A DNA stretch of 64,000 nucleotides, taken from Planctomycetota bacterium. Its GTDB lineage: Bacteria > Planctomycetota > B15-G4 > SIAN01. Both the position numbers and the translations under genes were made by a program. The notes beneath the pieces are model-generated. The model was given only the letters and a program-made list of their open reading frames with translations. It was not told the DNA's origin and searched no databases. The stretch's first letter is position 1, and the number at the start of each line of letters is the position of its first letter. Location: assembly GCA_031409275.1 (NCBI GenBank), contig JANNXA010000050.1:128001-192000 (forward strand). The letters run 5' to 3'. Below are positions 38,060-48,006 of this stretch, in pieces.

Positions 38060-39157
38060 GTGAGGCGCGCAGAAGACACGAACGCGCTCTACGGCGCAAC
38101 CGACGATGCGGCTCAGCGAGCTCAACTGAAAGTCGAGCTGAAGGAGCAGGCGCGCGCGCTTGGGCTCGCCGACCTCGGCGTCACCACGAGCGAACCGCTG
38201 CCACGCGGCGAGTACTACGAGGCGTGGCTCGCGCAAGGCCGCAACGCCGGCATGGCGTGGCTCAAGCCCGGCGAACGGACGCGCCCGACCGACCTGCTCC
38301 CTTCGGCGCGCACGCTGCTGGTCGCCGCCCTGCGCTACGCCAAGCCCGCCGTCGAGCCAGCCCCGATCGCCGCGTTCGCGCTCCACGACGATTACCACCT
38401 TGTGATGCGCCAGGCGCTGCGTGCGCTGTCGCGGCGCCTGCGCGCGTTCGCGCCGGGCAGCGAAACGCGCGTCACCGTCGACAGCGCCCCGCTGCGGGAG
38501 CGCGAGGCGGCGCAACGCGCCGGCATCGGCTGGATCGGCAAGAACACGATGCTGGTCCACCTGCAGCACGGCTGCTACACGCTGCTCGGAACGCTGTTGT
38601 GGAGCGAGGAGCTGCCGCCCGACGCGCCCGCCGTCGACCATTGCGCCGACTGCCGCCGCTGCCTCGACGCCTGCCCGACCGGCGCCTTCCCAGCCGCCTA
38701 CGAGCTCGACGCGCGGCGGTGCCTCTCCTACTGGACGATCGAGCAGCAGGGCGCGCTGCCACCCGAGCTGCACGCGCCGCTCGCGACGCGCGCCTTCGGC
38801 TGCGACGCCTGCCTCGCCGCCTGCCCCTTCGGCGGTCGCTCGCTGTTCGCAGAGAGTCCGCTCCTGCCCACCCTTGCGACCCACGCCAGCCTTTCGCTGC
38901 GCGAGCTGCTCATCCAGGCGCGCGACCGCTTCTGGAAGTGGTTCCGGCATACGCCGGTGTCGCGCGCACGTCGGCGTGGACTCCTGCGCAACCTGCTGAT
39001 CGCCGCCGGCAACTCGGGCGACTCCACGCTGCGCGAAGTCATCGCACCGTTCTGCCAAGATGGCGACACGCTGCTCGCCGACCACGCTCGAATGGCTCTC
39101 GACCGCCTCGACCTCGCCCGCTGCCCCGCCCCCTCTGCCCCAAAGGAGCTCCCGTGA
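38060..39157 (+). CDS. queG: tRNA epoxyqueuosine(34) reductase
   Basis: DYH, VDSAPLRER, AGIGWIGKN, CADCRRCLDACPT, CLSYWTIE, GCDACLAACP. Confidence 0.93.
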   Translation: MRRAEDTNALYGATDDAAQRAQLKVELKEQARALGLADLGVTTSEPLPRGEYYEAWLAQGRNAGMAWLKPGERTRPTDLLPSARTLLVAALRYAKPAVEPAPIAAFALHDDYHLVMRQALRALSRRLRAFAPGSETRVTVDSAPLREREAAQRAGIGWIGKNTMLVHLQHGCYTLLGTLLWSEELPPDAPAVDHCADCRRCLDACPTGAFPAAYELDARRCLSYWTIEQQGALPPELHAPLATRAFGCDACLAACPFGGRSLFAESPLLPTLATHASLSLRELLIQARDRFWKWFRHTPVSRARRRGLLRNLLIAAGNSGDSTLREVIAPFCQDGDTLLADHARMALDRLDLARCPAPSAPKELP

Positions 39158-40065
39158 TCGTCCACGGACTCGACCTTCGACACCTCGAGATCTTCGCCCG
39201 CGTCGTCCAGGAGGGCGGCATCACCCAGGCCGCGAAGAGCCTCGGCCTGACGCAGCCGACGGTCAGCGGCCACATCCGCTCGCTCGAAGGCGAAGCCGGC
39301 GCCGTCCTGCTCCATCGCGGTGGCGGCCGCGCCAAGCCGACCGCGGCCGGGGAACTGCTGTGGCGCTTCGCGCGCCAGATCTGCGAGCAGAAGGCGCAGG
39401 CGCAGCTCGAACTCGATCGCTTCCTCGGCCTGCATCAGGGCGAGCTGCGCGTCGGAGCCTCGACGACCCCGGCCACCTACTACCTCCCGCCGTTCCTGTC
39501 GCGCTTCGCGCAGGCGCATCCGGCGATCGAGATCGTGCTGACGGTCGGCGACACGCGCGAGATCCTCGAGGCGCTCGACCTCGGCAAGATCGAGCTCGCG
39601 CTGGTCGGCGACGAGGTCGATCCCGATCGCTACCGCACGCAGCGCGTGGCCACCGACGAGATCGTCCTGACCGTCGGCCGCGACCACCCGTGGTTCGCAC
39701 GCAGCAGCGTCTCGCTGCTCGACCTGAAACAGACGGCGCTCGTGCTGCGCGAAGAAGGCTCGGCCACCCTCTCCTCGATGGAGCATGCGCTCGCCGCCGT
39801 CGGGCAGAAGCTCGGCCGCGACGTGAAGGTCGCGCTGCGGCTGCCCACCAACGAAGCGATCCGCGAAGCGGTGGCGCGCAGCACGTGCGCCGCCTTCCTC
39901 CCGAAGGTCTGCATCGCTGGGCGCGACAGCGACCTGAAGGCGCTCACGATCAAGGACCTCAAGATCGAACGACCGTTCGCGACCGTGCTCAGTTTGAGCC
40001 GCGAACCGGGCCCGGCAGCGCACACGCTGCTCGCGATGATCGGGACGGCCGCGCTCCCGAAGTGA
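39154..40065 (+). CDS. LysR family transcriptional regulator (CysL-like)
   Basis: ITQAAKSLGLTQPTVSGHIRSLE HTH, GASTTPATYYLP, REEGSAT; AAGGAG RBS, GTGA overlap with queG. Confidence 0.92.
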   Translation: MIVHGLDLRHLEIFARVVQEGGITQAAKSLGLTQPTVSGHIRSLEGEAGAVLLHRGGGRAKPTAAGELLWRFARQICEQKAQAQLELDRFLGLHQGELRVGASTTPATYYLPPFLSRFAQAHPAIEIVLTVGDTREILEALDLGKIELALVGDEVDPDRYRTQRVATDEIVLTVGRDHPWFARSSVSLLDLKQTALVLREEGSATLSSMEHALAAVGQKLGRDVKVALRLPTNEAIREAVARSTCAAFLPKVCIAGRDSDLKALTIKDLKIERPFATVLSLSREPGPAAHTLLAMIGTAALPK

Positions 40066-40096
40066 CCGGGAGCCGGTCGGGGCGCCCGTCGCGCGT

Positions 40097-40609
40097 TCAC
40101 GCGCCGGCCGGCGGCGGATCGATTTCGGTCGGCTCGATCTGCGCCAGATGGCGTCCGATCGCCTGAGTCGCAGCGGCGAACGCGCCGCCTCGGACGTAGT
40201 ACGCCAGCGGCGCACGCTTCGCATCCCGCCAGAGCAGGACGACTTCGCGCGCGCCGCGGCGCGCCGTGAAGGCAGAAAACTGCTCCCACGGGTAGCAACG
40301 CTCGTCGAGGATCAGGCCGGCGCTGCACGTGGCCAGCAACCGGAGCGACCCGGCCGCCGCGATCGGAGCGGTGATCAGCGCCATCACGAAAGCGATCGCC
40401 ACTCCGCCCTTGCCCATGAAGCTGACCATCAGCGCGGCCACGATCCAGACCACCAATCGCGGCGCTCGCGGCGAGCGCACGAACCAGCCGCCCTCGAGCG
40501 TGCTGCCGGCGGCGTTCGCGGCGGCGGCGGCCTGGCGCGGCCGGCGCTGCAGCGTCAGGAGCAGCGCGCCGGGATAGATCAGCACGAGCGCGATCCGGAC
40601 CCAGAACAA
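40097..40609 (-). CDS. Hypothetical membrane protein
   Basis: Three hydrophobic segments followed by a PH-like tail (GLIL..R.YPWEQF); TTG start with GGAG upstream. Confidence 0.6.
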   Translation of the reverse strand: MFWVRIALVLIYPGALLLTLQRRPRQAAAAANAAGSTLEGGWFVRSPRAPRLVVWIVAALMVSFMGKGGVAIAFVMALITAPIAAAGSLRLLATCSAGLILDERCYPWEQFSAFTARRGAREVVLLWRDAKRAPLAYYVRGGAFAAATQAIGRHLAQIEPTEIDPPPAGA

Positions 40610-40670
40610 GGCGGCACTCCGAAGAACGTTCGCGGTCGACGCTTTTTCCCGCCCAAGGGGTCAGACAACT

Positions 40671-40698
40671 TCAAGCGGGACGACGGGATTAACCGATG
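40671..40698 (+). promoter_or_regulatory. Sigma-28-like promoter TCAAG-N16-ACCGATG
   Basis: tcaag 40671-40675, 16-nt spacer, accgatg 40692-40698, upstream of the PilZ gene. Confidence 0.45.
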
Positions 40699-40754
40699 GC
40701 GGGCTACGTGGATGTGCTGAATCCCGGTTCAGCCGTCACCGCTGGAGCCATCGC

Positions 40755-41549
40755 TTGGACCAAGGGCTGCTTACCACGCTCGGCCGCCGCAGCGCGCAGC
40801 GCATCTGCCTGCGCGCAGACGTCGGCATCCTCGATGAGGCGACCGGCGAGCGCACGCTCGGCCGATTGCGCGACCTCTCGGCCACCGGCGCCAGCCTCTC
40901 CACGCCGACCCTCCTGCCGATGGGCAAGCCGTTGCGCCTCGCCTTCGAGTTCTCCCAGACCGAAGCACCGATCCGGCTGCACGCCGAGGTCACGTGGACC
41001 GGTCGCACCGCCGCCGTGCGCGCCTCGGTGCTCACGGGACTGCGCTTCCTCGACCTCGCCGGAGCCGACTTCGCGCGGATGCGCGAGTTCATCGATGCGA
41101 AGCTCTGGGAGGTGCAGCGCTTCGTCTGCTCCCTCGACCTCTTCGCCGACCTGAACGATCTCGAGAAGCTGCTGCTTTCCACCGTGCTGCTCGACCGCTC
41201 GCTCAAACCGGGCGAGGCGCTCGAGGAGGAACTCTCCGAAGGCACGCTGATCATCGTGCGTTCCGGCACCCTCCACGGCAGCGAACGGCTGCCCGACGGC
41301 CGCATCCATCAGCGCAAGACGCTGCAAGCCGGCGACCTCGTCGGCGCGCTCCCCGTCGATCCGGGCGGCCCGACGCGGCTCACGATGCGCGCCATCACCG
41401 AAGGGGCGCTGCTGGTGGTGCCGATCGACGGCTTCGAGTACCTCCGTACGCGCCACCCCGAGACGGCATTCAAGCTGCTGTCGGCGTGGACGCTCGCGCT
41501 GCGCGATCAGCTGATGACCGTCGAGCCATCCGAGCCCGAAGCGAGCTGA
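40755..41549 (+). CDS. PilZ domain plus cyclic-nucleotide-binding-like domain protein
   Basis: RRSAQR (RxxxR) and DLSATG (DxSxxG), GLRF; C-terminal LFADL..LKPGE..LIIVRSG..GDLVG..TMRAIT cNMP-like fold. Confidence 0.82.
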   Translation: MDQGLLTTLGRRSAQRICLRADVGILDEATGERTLGRLRDLSATGASLSTPTLLPMGKPLRLAFEFSQTEAPIRLHAEVTWTGRTAAVRASVLTGLRFLDLAGADFARMREFIDAKLWEVQRFVCSLDLFADLNDLEKLLLSTVLLDRSLKPGEALEEELSEGTLIIVRSGTLHGSERLPDGRIHQRKTLQAGDLVGALPVDPGGPTRLTMRAITEGALLVVPIDGFEYLRTRHPETAFKLLSAWTLALRDQLMTVEPSEPEAS

Positions 41550-41592
41550 GGATCGCGGCGCCTCGCGACTTCCGATCGATCGGACCGATCGA

Positions 41593-41925
41593 TCAGGCGA
41601 AGACGTCGAGCAGGGTTCCGGTGCGCTCGTGCAGCGCGCGCAGTCGCGCGGCATCGACCGCGCCGCCTTCGCGCGCCGCGAGCAGCTCCCCCACGGCATC
41701 GACGAGATCCTCGCGCGCCGGATCGACCTGCACGCGTCCCCCGGCGGTGTAGAGCGCGAGCGGCTCCGCGATCTCTTGCGCGGGCTCGGGCGACGCGGTG
41801 CGCAGCGCGGCCCGCATGGCCATCGAAGCCACGCCGCGCGGGGCGGGAGGTGGCGACGCGCGCACCTCGCTCAGCAGGCGAGCGGCGAGCGCCGAGTCCG
41901 TGGTCGCAGCGATCGGAAACGTCAT
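41593..41925 (-). CDS. Small protein with flagellar rod/hook C-terminal-like helix
   Basis: C-terminus [13 protein letters not shown]...[16 protein letters not shown] resembles the DL..EM..L...GTLLDxxA ending of small flagellar basal-body rod-like proteins. Confidence 0.5.
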   Translation of the reverse strand: MTFPIAATTDSALAARLLSEVRASPPPAPRGVASMAMRAALRTASPEPAQEIAEPLALYTAGGRVQVDPAREDLVDAVGELLAAREGGAVDAARLRALHERTGTLLDVFA

Positions 41926-41933
41926 GCCGTCCG

Positions 41934-41961
41934 CATCGACGCGCGCGCCGCGCCGCCTTGA
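41934..41961 (-). promoter_or_regulatory. Sigma-28-like promoter TCAAG-N16-GTCGATG
   Basis: Minus strand tcaag 41961-41957, 16-nt spacer, gtcgatg 41940-41934, 8 nt before ATG 41925. Confidence 0.5.
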
Positions 41962-42091
41962 GCCTGCGGGGAACTCTTTTCCGCGGCGGCGCCCGCAGCG
42001 CTCTCGACCTCGACCGGCAGCGCGAGCACGGTCGATCCACGTCGCTGCACCGGAGCCCGCTCCCACTCATCGCCGGCCCAAGGATCCTCCA

Positions 42092-44812
42092 TTGACGCTG
42101 CGTCGCCAGACCACCTGGACCATCGCGGTCACGCTGCTGCTGCTGGCGATTCCGTTGCAGTGGCTCCTCGATCGGATCCTGCTCGAAGGTTTCGGCCGCA
42201 TCGAGCACCAAGCGACGGCGCGCAACGTCGAACGCGTGGCGGATGCGTTCCGCGCCCAGACCGAGCAGCTCCATCTGAAGGCCACCGACTGGGCATGGTG
42301 GGACGACGCCTACTCGTTCGCCGAGGATCGAAACGACGAGTTCATCGCCTCGAACATGATGAGCTCCGGTCTGGTCTCGCTGCGCGTGAACGCCATCCTC
42401 TTCTTCGATCCCGATGCTGAGCTCATCACGTCGCGCTGCGTGGACCTCGACACCGAAGCCGAGGTCCCGCTGTTTCCTGCGTTGGTGGCGCGGTTCCACC
42501 CAGGATCCCCACTCCTGCGCCGCACCGAGTCCGATCGCGCGAAGTACGGCTTCTTCATCCATGGTGACGAAACGTGGCTGTTCACGGCGGTAGCGATCCT
42601 CGATAGCAACCAGGCTGGACCGGCACACGGCACGCTGGTGTTCGCCACCAGATTCGGTCCCTCCAAGGTCGCTGATCTCGCGGCAGTCACCCATCTCGAT
42701 CTCGCCTTGCATCTCGCAACCGACTTCGAGTCGCTCCCGCCTGACCTTGCGGCCGCGTTGCCCTCGCTGGAGCAGGACCACTCGGTCGTCGCCCCGCTCA
42801 GCGAGGACCTCATCGTCGGCGCCGGCGCGATCGAGGACGTCGACGGCGATCGCTCGCTGCTGGTCCGCATCACCGAACCGCGTGCGATCCACGCGCAGGC
42901 CCTCGCGACCTGCCGCACCGCGCAGGTGGCGTTCGCCGCGACGGCGATCGTGCTCGGCCTCGCGCTGCTGTGGCAACTGCGGCGCGGCGTCGTCGCCCCG
43001 TTGTCGATCCTCTCCACGAAGGTACGTGCCATCGAAGAGAGCGGCGACCTCGACACGCGCATGCCCGAGACGGGCGCCAGCGAACTCGCCGCGCTCGGCC
43101 ACGGCATCAACCAGATGCTCGGCGCGCTCGGCCGTCAGCGGGCGGAGCTCGCCGAGCTGTCGACTTCGCTGGCGACCGCGCGCGACGAGGCACTCGATGC
43201 GGCGCGCGCGAAGTCGGAGTTCCTGGCCAACATGAGCCACGAGATCCGAACGCCGATGAACGGCGTCATCGGCATGACGGGAGTCCTGCTCGACTCGAAG
43301 CTCGACCCCGAGCAGCACGACTACGTCGACACGATCCGCGGCTGCGGCGAGGCGCTGCTCGACCTCATCAACGACATCCTCGACTTCAGCAAGATCGAGG
43401 CCGGGAAGATGACCATCGAGGTGGTCGACTTCGACCCGCGCCACCTCGTCGAGGAGTGCCTTTCGCTGCTGGCCGAACGTGCGCAGCAGAAGGGGCTCGA
43501 GCTCTGCTGCCAGCTCGCGCCGGAGGTGCCCGCCTTCGCCGCCGGCGACCCGGGACGACTTCGCCAGATCCTGCTCAACCTCGTCGGCAATGCGATCAAG
43601 TTCACGGCGAAGGGCGAGGTCGTGGTCCGCGTCAGCGTCGAGCGCGCCGAGGCCGACGCCGACGTGCTGCGGTTCGAAGTCGCGGACACCGGCATCGGCA
43701 TCACGCCCGAGCAGCAGAAGAAGCTGTTCCAGTCGTTCAGCCAGGCCGACGCCTCGACGACGCGCAAGTTCGGCGGAACCGGGCTCGGGCTCGCGATCAG
43801 CAAGCGGCTGTGCGAGCTGATGCAAGGCACCATCGGCGTGCGCAGCGAAGCGGGCCAGGGCAGCTGCTTCTACTTCACCGCGTCGCTCACCCGCCGCGAG
43901 GGGGCGGCGCCGAAAGCCGCTGCGATCACCGCCGAACTCGTCGGCAAGCGCGCGCTGATCGTCGATGACAACGCCACCAACCGCTTCATCCTCGGCAAGC
44001 AGCTCGAGCGCTTCGGGCTCAAGTTCGCGGCGGCCCCGGGCGGCGCCGAGGCGCTGACCCTGCTGGCGCAAGAGCGCGCAGCCGGCCGCACGTTCGACCT
44101 CGCGATCCTCGACTACATGATGCCGGAGATGGACGGCCTGCAGCTCGCCACGCGGATGCGCGCCGATCCGGCATGCGCGACGTTGCCGCTCGTGCTGCTC
44201 TCCTCGGCGGTGGCGCGCAGCCAGGTGCGCGCGAACGAGCCGCGAACCTTCGCGGCCTACCTGCTGAAGCCGGCGCGCGTCGAGCAGCTCCACGAGTGCT
44301 TGAAGATCGTGGTCGGCCACGCGCAGGTCACGAGCCAACCGCCCGAATCTGGCGCGCGCGTAAGCACGACGACAGCCGCGTCGGCGCCGCCGGCGCCCGG
44401 CTCGCGCGGCCGACTGCTGCTGGCCGAGGACAACGCGGTGAACCAGAAGATCGCAGTTCGCCTGCTGCAGACGCTGGGCTGGCAGGTCGATGTCGCCAAC
44501 AACGGCATCGAAGCGGCGCTCGCCGTCACGCAGCGCCGTTACGACGCCGTGCTCATGGACTGCCAGATGCCGGAGATGGACGGCTACGAGGCCACGCGGG
44601 AGATCCGCAAGCGCGAAGTCGCGACCGACGGGGGCGGACACGTCATCGTCCTGGCGATGACCGCCAATGCGATGCAAGGCGATCGCGAGCTCTGCCTCGC
44701 GGCCGGGATGGACGACTACCTCGCCAAGCCGATTCGCCGCGAGGAGCTGCAGCGCGCGCTCGATCGTTGGGTGGCGCCAGCTGCCAACCGAACCGCGCCC
44801 GTGGTCGGGTGA
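42092..44812 (+). CDS. Hybrid sensor histidine kinase (CHASE4-HAMP-HisKA-HATPase-REC-REC)
   Basis: DWAWWDDAY (CHASE4), [38 protein letters not shown], two receivers (ILDYMMP, LMDCQMP); TTG start after AAGGA. Confidence 0.93.
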   Translation: MTLRRQTTWTIAVTLLLLAIPLQWLLDRILLEGFGRIEHQATARNVERVADAFRAQTEQLHLKATDWAWWDDAYSFAEDRNDEFIASNMMSSGLVSLRVNAILFFDPDAELITSRCVDLDTEAEVPLFPALVARFHPGSPLLRRTESDRAKYGFFIHGDETWLFTAVAILDSNQAGPAHGTLVFATRFGPSKVADLAAVTHLDLALHLATDFESLPPDLAAALPSLEQDHSVVAPLSEDLIVGAGAIEDVDGDRSLLVRITEPRAIHAQALATCRTAQVAFAATAIVLGLALLWQLRRGVVAPLSILSTKVRAIEESGDLDTRMPETGASELAALGHGINQMLGALGRQRAELAELSTSLATARDEALDAARAKSEFLANMSHEIRTPMNGVIGMTGVLLDSKLDPEQHDYVDTIRGCGEALLDLINDILDFSKIEAGKMTIEVVDFDPRHLVEECLSLLAERAQQKGLELCCQLAPEVPAFAAGDPGRLRQILLNLVGNAIKFTAKGEVVVRVSVERAEADADVLRFEVADTGIGITPEQQKKLFQSFSQADASTTRKFGGTGLGLAISKRLCELMQGTIGVRSEAGQGSCFYFTASLTRREGAAPKAAAITAELVGKRALIVDDNATNRFILGKQLERFGLKFAAAPGGAEALTLLAQERAAGRTFDLAILDYMMPEMDGLQLATRMRADPACATLPLVLLSSAVARSQVRANEPRTFAAYLLKPARVEQLHECLKIVVGHAQVTSQPPESGARVSTTTAASAPPAPGSRGRLLLAEDNAVNQKIAVRLLQTLGWQVDVANNGIEAALAVTQRRYDAVLMDCQMPEMDGYEATREIRKREVATDGGGHVIVLAMTANAMQGDRELCLAAGMDDYLAKPIRREELQRALDRWVAPAANRTAPVVG

Positions 44813-44822
44813 TTCCGCTGGG

Positions 44823-45488
44823 TCAGCCCCTTGCCCTGCGCGGCGCCGGCCAGCCTTCGAACAAGACGTACGCGGCGAAGGCGATCGTGTAGGCACCGAC
44901 CACGTCGATCGAGTAGTGCAGGTGCGCCAGCAGGACCACCGCGGTCGTTGCGAACTGGGCCACGAGCGCCGGCCACGCGAGCCCGCGCACTCGCCGGCAA
45001 TAGAGCCACAACAGGAAAGTGCTGGCCACGTGGCCGCTGAAGTAGAGGTCCTTCGTCAGCGCGACGTGCGGCGCATCGGTGAAGAGCGCCTGCACCGGGT
45101 TCACGATCGCAAGCCACGCCGCGCGCAGCTGCTCGCCGCCGGCGCCCGCGTTGCGATCGACGCCATCGACCGGGCCGAGCCCGGTCAGCACCACGCATGC
45201 GCCGCGCGCGAGGCTCAACCAGCCGCCGAGCCACAGGAATCGCACGCCGGCGTCGCGATCGCGACGCAGCAGGAGGATCGTCAGCGGCACCCACGCCGCG
45301 AGCCACAGCCAGTAGTTGGCGTGCGCCACCCACTCGATGCGCGGCAACAGATCGAGCACGCGATCGGGCAGCGACGGCGCCGGCTGCGACTCGTGCCACA
45401 GCGCCGCGGCCACCATCGCGGCGTGCGTCGCGTAGCGCCAGGCGATGCCGAGCGCGATCGAGTCGCGCCAGCCGCGAGCCCCGCTCAT
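44823..45488 (-). CDS. Sphingomyelin/IPC synthase-like PAP2_C membrane phosphotransferase
   Basis: LPDRVLDLLP, KDLYFSGH, HLHYSIDV; several TM helices; ATGA overlap with GT2. Confidence 0.78.
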   Translation of the reverse strand: MSGARGWRDSIALGIAWRYATHAAMVAAALWHESQPAPSLPDRVLDLLPRIEWVAHANYWLWLAAWVPLTILLLRRDRDAGVRFLWLGGWLSLARGACVVLTGLGPVDGVDRNAGAGGEQLRAAWLAIVNPVQALFTDAPHVALTKDLYFSGHVASTFLLWLYCRRVRGLAWPALVAQFATTAVVLLAHLHYSIDVVGAYTIAFAAYVLFEGWPAPRRARG

Positions 45489-46180
45489 CGCCCGCCCCGT
45501 CGCAGCACTCCGTAGCGGAAGATCGTCCAGAGGATCTTCCAGCTCGCGCGCAACGTGCCGCTCACCGTCCCGGTGATTTTCGAGACGCCCTTGCGCCTTC
45601 GGTAGCTCACCGGCACCTCGACGATGCGCAGCCGCTGGTGCAGCGCCTTCAGCTGCATCTCGACCGTCCACCCGAAGTTGGTGTCGACCATGCCGATGCG
45701 CGTCAGCGCCTCGCGCGTGATCGCGCGGAACGGGCCGAGATCGCTGTAGCGGAAGCGAAAGAGCAGTCGCATCAGGAAGCAGGCGAGCTGGTTGCCAAAG
45801 CGCGCCTGCGGCAGCAACGCTCCCGGCTCGGCAACTCCTCGCATGCGCGAGCCGACCACGAAGTCCGCCTCACCGCGCTCGATCGGCGCGAGCAACCGCG
45901 ACACCTCGTCGGGATGGTCGGAGTAGTCGGCATCGAGGAAGACGACGACATCACAGTCGGCGGGGAGCGCCGCGATCCCGGCCAGGCAGGCCGATCCGTA
46001 ACCCCGACGCGGTTCGCGGACGACGATCGCACCGGCCGCCTCCGCGACCGCCGCGGTGCGATCACGGGAGCCGTTGTCGACGACGAACACACGCGGCACC
46101 AGGGCGTCGGGAAGGTCGCGCAGCACCAGCCCGATCGAGGCCTCCTCGTTCAGTGCCGGAATGATGGCGCAGGCGCGCAT
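45485..46180 (-). CDS. GT2 glycosyltransferase (polyprenol-phosphate glycosyltransferase-like)
   Basis: IIPALNEE, VVDNGSRD, RGYGSAC, FLDADYSD, VVGSR, DLGPFRAI, SKITGT. Confidence 0.92.
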   Translation of the reverse strand: MRACAIIPALNEEASIGLVLRDLPDALVPRVFVVDNGSRDRTAAVAEAAGAIVVREPRRGYGSACLAGIAALPADCDVVVFLDADYSDHPDEVSRLLAPIERGEADFVVGSRMRGVAEPGALLPQARFGNQLACFLMRLLFRFRYSDLGPFRAITREALTRIGMVDTNFGWTVEMQLKALHQRLRIVEVPVSYRRRKGVSKITGTVSGTLRASWKILWTIFRYGVLRRGGR

Positions 46181-46321
46181 GACGACGGGCGGCTCCTCCG
46201 GGGCCCACGGGGGAACGAAGAACATCGTTCCCGCCGACCTCCCCAGTCTGGGATGCGTGCTATATCCTCCGCGCCTGCATCCCCCCGGTGACTTCGCTTC
46301 CCTTCGACGGGTTCGATTCGC

Positions 46322-47428
46322 ATGCAACTGCCCTGCATCGCCCCTCCATGCCTTGCCGCGCTCGCCTTGGCATCGCTGCTCGCCGCGCCGGCTCCCGCTC
46401 AGGTGTGGGTCAACGCCGGCCAGGACACGATGCTGCCGGCCGGTCATTCGATGATGCGCCTCGCCGGCAGCGCCGGAGGTTTCTCGCCCCTCGACTTCTG
46501 GGTTGCGGATGGCGACGGCCTGACGGAAAACCGCCTGCTCAAGTGGAACGACGTCACCGGACTCACCGTGGTCGGCCCTCTGCAGACCGCCGCCGGCCGC
46601 GTCTACGGCTGGCCGAGCGACTTCGAGCGAGTGCGCGGCACGGTCTACGGAATCGAGACCTTCGACAAGAAGCTCTACACGCTCGACGGCAACACCGCGA
46701 TCTGCACCGACGTCGGGCCAGCGCTGTCGTCGTACACGCGCCTGTTCGGCTTGGCCTACGACTTCGGCAACGACCACCTCTACGCGGTCGACAACAAGAC
46801 GCGCAAGATCATCAAGATCGATCGCACCACGGCGGTGTCGAGCGTGGTGATGACGCTGCCGAGCAACTTCAGCGACGTCCGCGGCCTCGCCTACCGTGTC
46901 GGCGACGGAAAGCTCTATTTCTGCGACGACGCCACCGAGACGCTGCAGCGGATCAACCTCGCGACGCTCGCGATCGAGCACGTCATGGACTTCAATGACG
47001 GCCCGAACGCGAAGGTCGACGAGATCGAGTTCTACGAGGGGCAGCTCTTCTGCTGCTACCGCAGCTATGACTCGCTCACCGACATCTGGTCGGCGCAGCT
47101 CGCTCGCCTCGACGTCGAAGACGAGATCGCGATCCCGTACGGGCCGCTGATCACCGACGTTTCGGCGCACAGCCTCGTGATCTTCTCGGTCCCCGAGCAT
47201 GCGCGCTGGGTGCAGGTCTCCGGTCCCGCCACCGCGCAGATCCTGCAGCAGAACCAGCTTGACTCGCCCGTCACGTTCCCGGCGCCGGGCCAGTACGTCT
47301 TCGAATTGCGCGCGGAACTCTTCCGGAACGTCGTCACCGCCGATCAGGTGACGATTCGCGTGCAGCCGAAGCGCCCGCCGAACTCCGCCGGCGGGCCCGG
47401 TGGCAACGGCCCCGCGCCGGTACACTGA
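46322..47428 (+). CDS. Secreted beta-propeller protein with split PKD-like domain
   Basis: Signal peptide, VNAGQD start, repeats FGLAYD/RGLAYR, C-terminal WVQVSGP...F.APGQYVFEL. Confidence 0.72.
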   Translation: MQLPCIAPPCLAALALASLLAAPAPAQVWVNAGQDTMLPAGHSMMRLAGSAGGFSPLDFWVADGDGLTENRLLKWNDVTGLTVVGPLQTAAGRVYGWPSDFERVRGTVYGIETFDKKLYTLDGNTAICTDVGPALSSYTRLFGLAYDFGNDHLYAVDNKTRKIIKIDRTTAVSSVVMTLPSNFSDVRGLAYRVGDGKLYFCDDATETLQRINLATLAIEHVMDFNDGPNAKVDEIEFYEGQLFCCYRSYDSLTDIWSAQLARLDVEDEIAIPYGPLITDVSAHSLVIFSVPEHARWVQVSGPATAQILQQNQLDSPVTFPAPGQYVFELRAELFRNVVTADQVTIRVQPKRPPNSAGGPGGNGPAPVH

Positions 47429-47486
47429 CGCCCTCGCCGCGGCGACCTTTCCCGTCCGCAGCGCCGCGCAGAGCCGTCAGGATCCG

Positions 47487-47963
47487 ATGACCGAACCGCC
47501 GATCAATTCGCCGACCTTCCTCGCGCTGCTGTCAGCGCACGCCTCGATGATGACCCTGCTCGAAGAGCACCAGGCGGCGCTCCTCGATCGCGACTTCGGC
47601 CGCGCGCTCGAGCGCCTGCTGGAACTGCGGCGCGAGTTCGAGCACCACGTGCGCGGCGAGGAGGAGCTCTTCACCCGTCTCTTCGCCCAGGTCGATCAGG
47701 TGCGCGGGACGCCGCTCGACCTCTTCACCGGCGAGCACAAGCACCTGCGCGAGATGCTCGGCGAGTTCGAGACTTCCTTGCGGCGCTTCGACGCCACGGC
47801 GACCGGCCGCAACGTGATCGAGCTGATCGAGGATGAGCTCGTGTTCAAGTCCTTCTTCCGCCACCACGACGAGCGCGAGAAGAACCTGCTCTACCCCGCC
47901 TTCGACACCGGGACCTCCGAGGCGAAGCGCGCCGAACTGCTGCGCCGCTTCCACACGGGCTGA
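47487..47963 (+). CDS. Hemerythrin (HHE) domain protein
   Basis: H...HVRGEEELF...EH...HDEREKNLLYP. Confidence 0.82.
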   Translation: MTEPPINSPTFLALLSAHASMMTLLEEHQAALLDRDFGRALERLLELRREFEHHVRGEEELFTRLFAQVDQVRGTPLDLFTGEHKHLREMLGEFETSLRRFDATATGRNVIELIEDELVFKSFFRHHDEREKNLLYPAFDTGTSEAKRAELLRRFHTG

Positions 47964-48006
47964 CCTACCGACGGAGCGCGCGGCGCGACTTCCACGGCCT
48001 GCCGCG

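Noticed and set aside
36130..40065. Apparent 1311-aa LysR fusion (and similar 5' extensions of 3575, 14255, 47425, 51051 and 53632 ORFs)
   Set aside because: Only the C-terminal part is a real gene with its own RBS or start; the extension is a shadow of neighbouring genes
41550..41595. CGATCG/GCGATCGC palindrome clusters (HIP1-like)
   Set aside because: Largely explained by Ala-Ile/Asp-Arg codons and GC content; over-representation cannot be shown without counting
42100..42900. Possible recent swap of the CHASE4 sensor region (codon usage looks different)
   Set aside because: Impression by eye only; no boundaries or repeats support it
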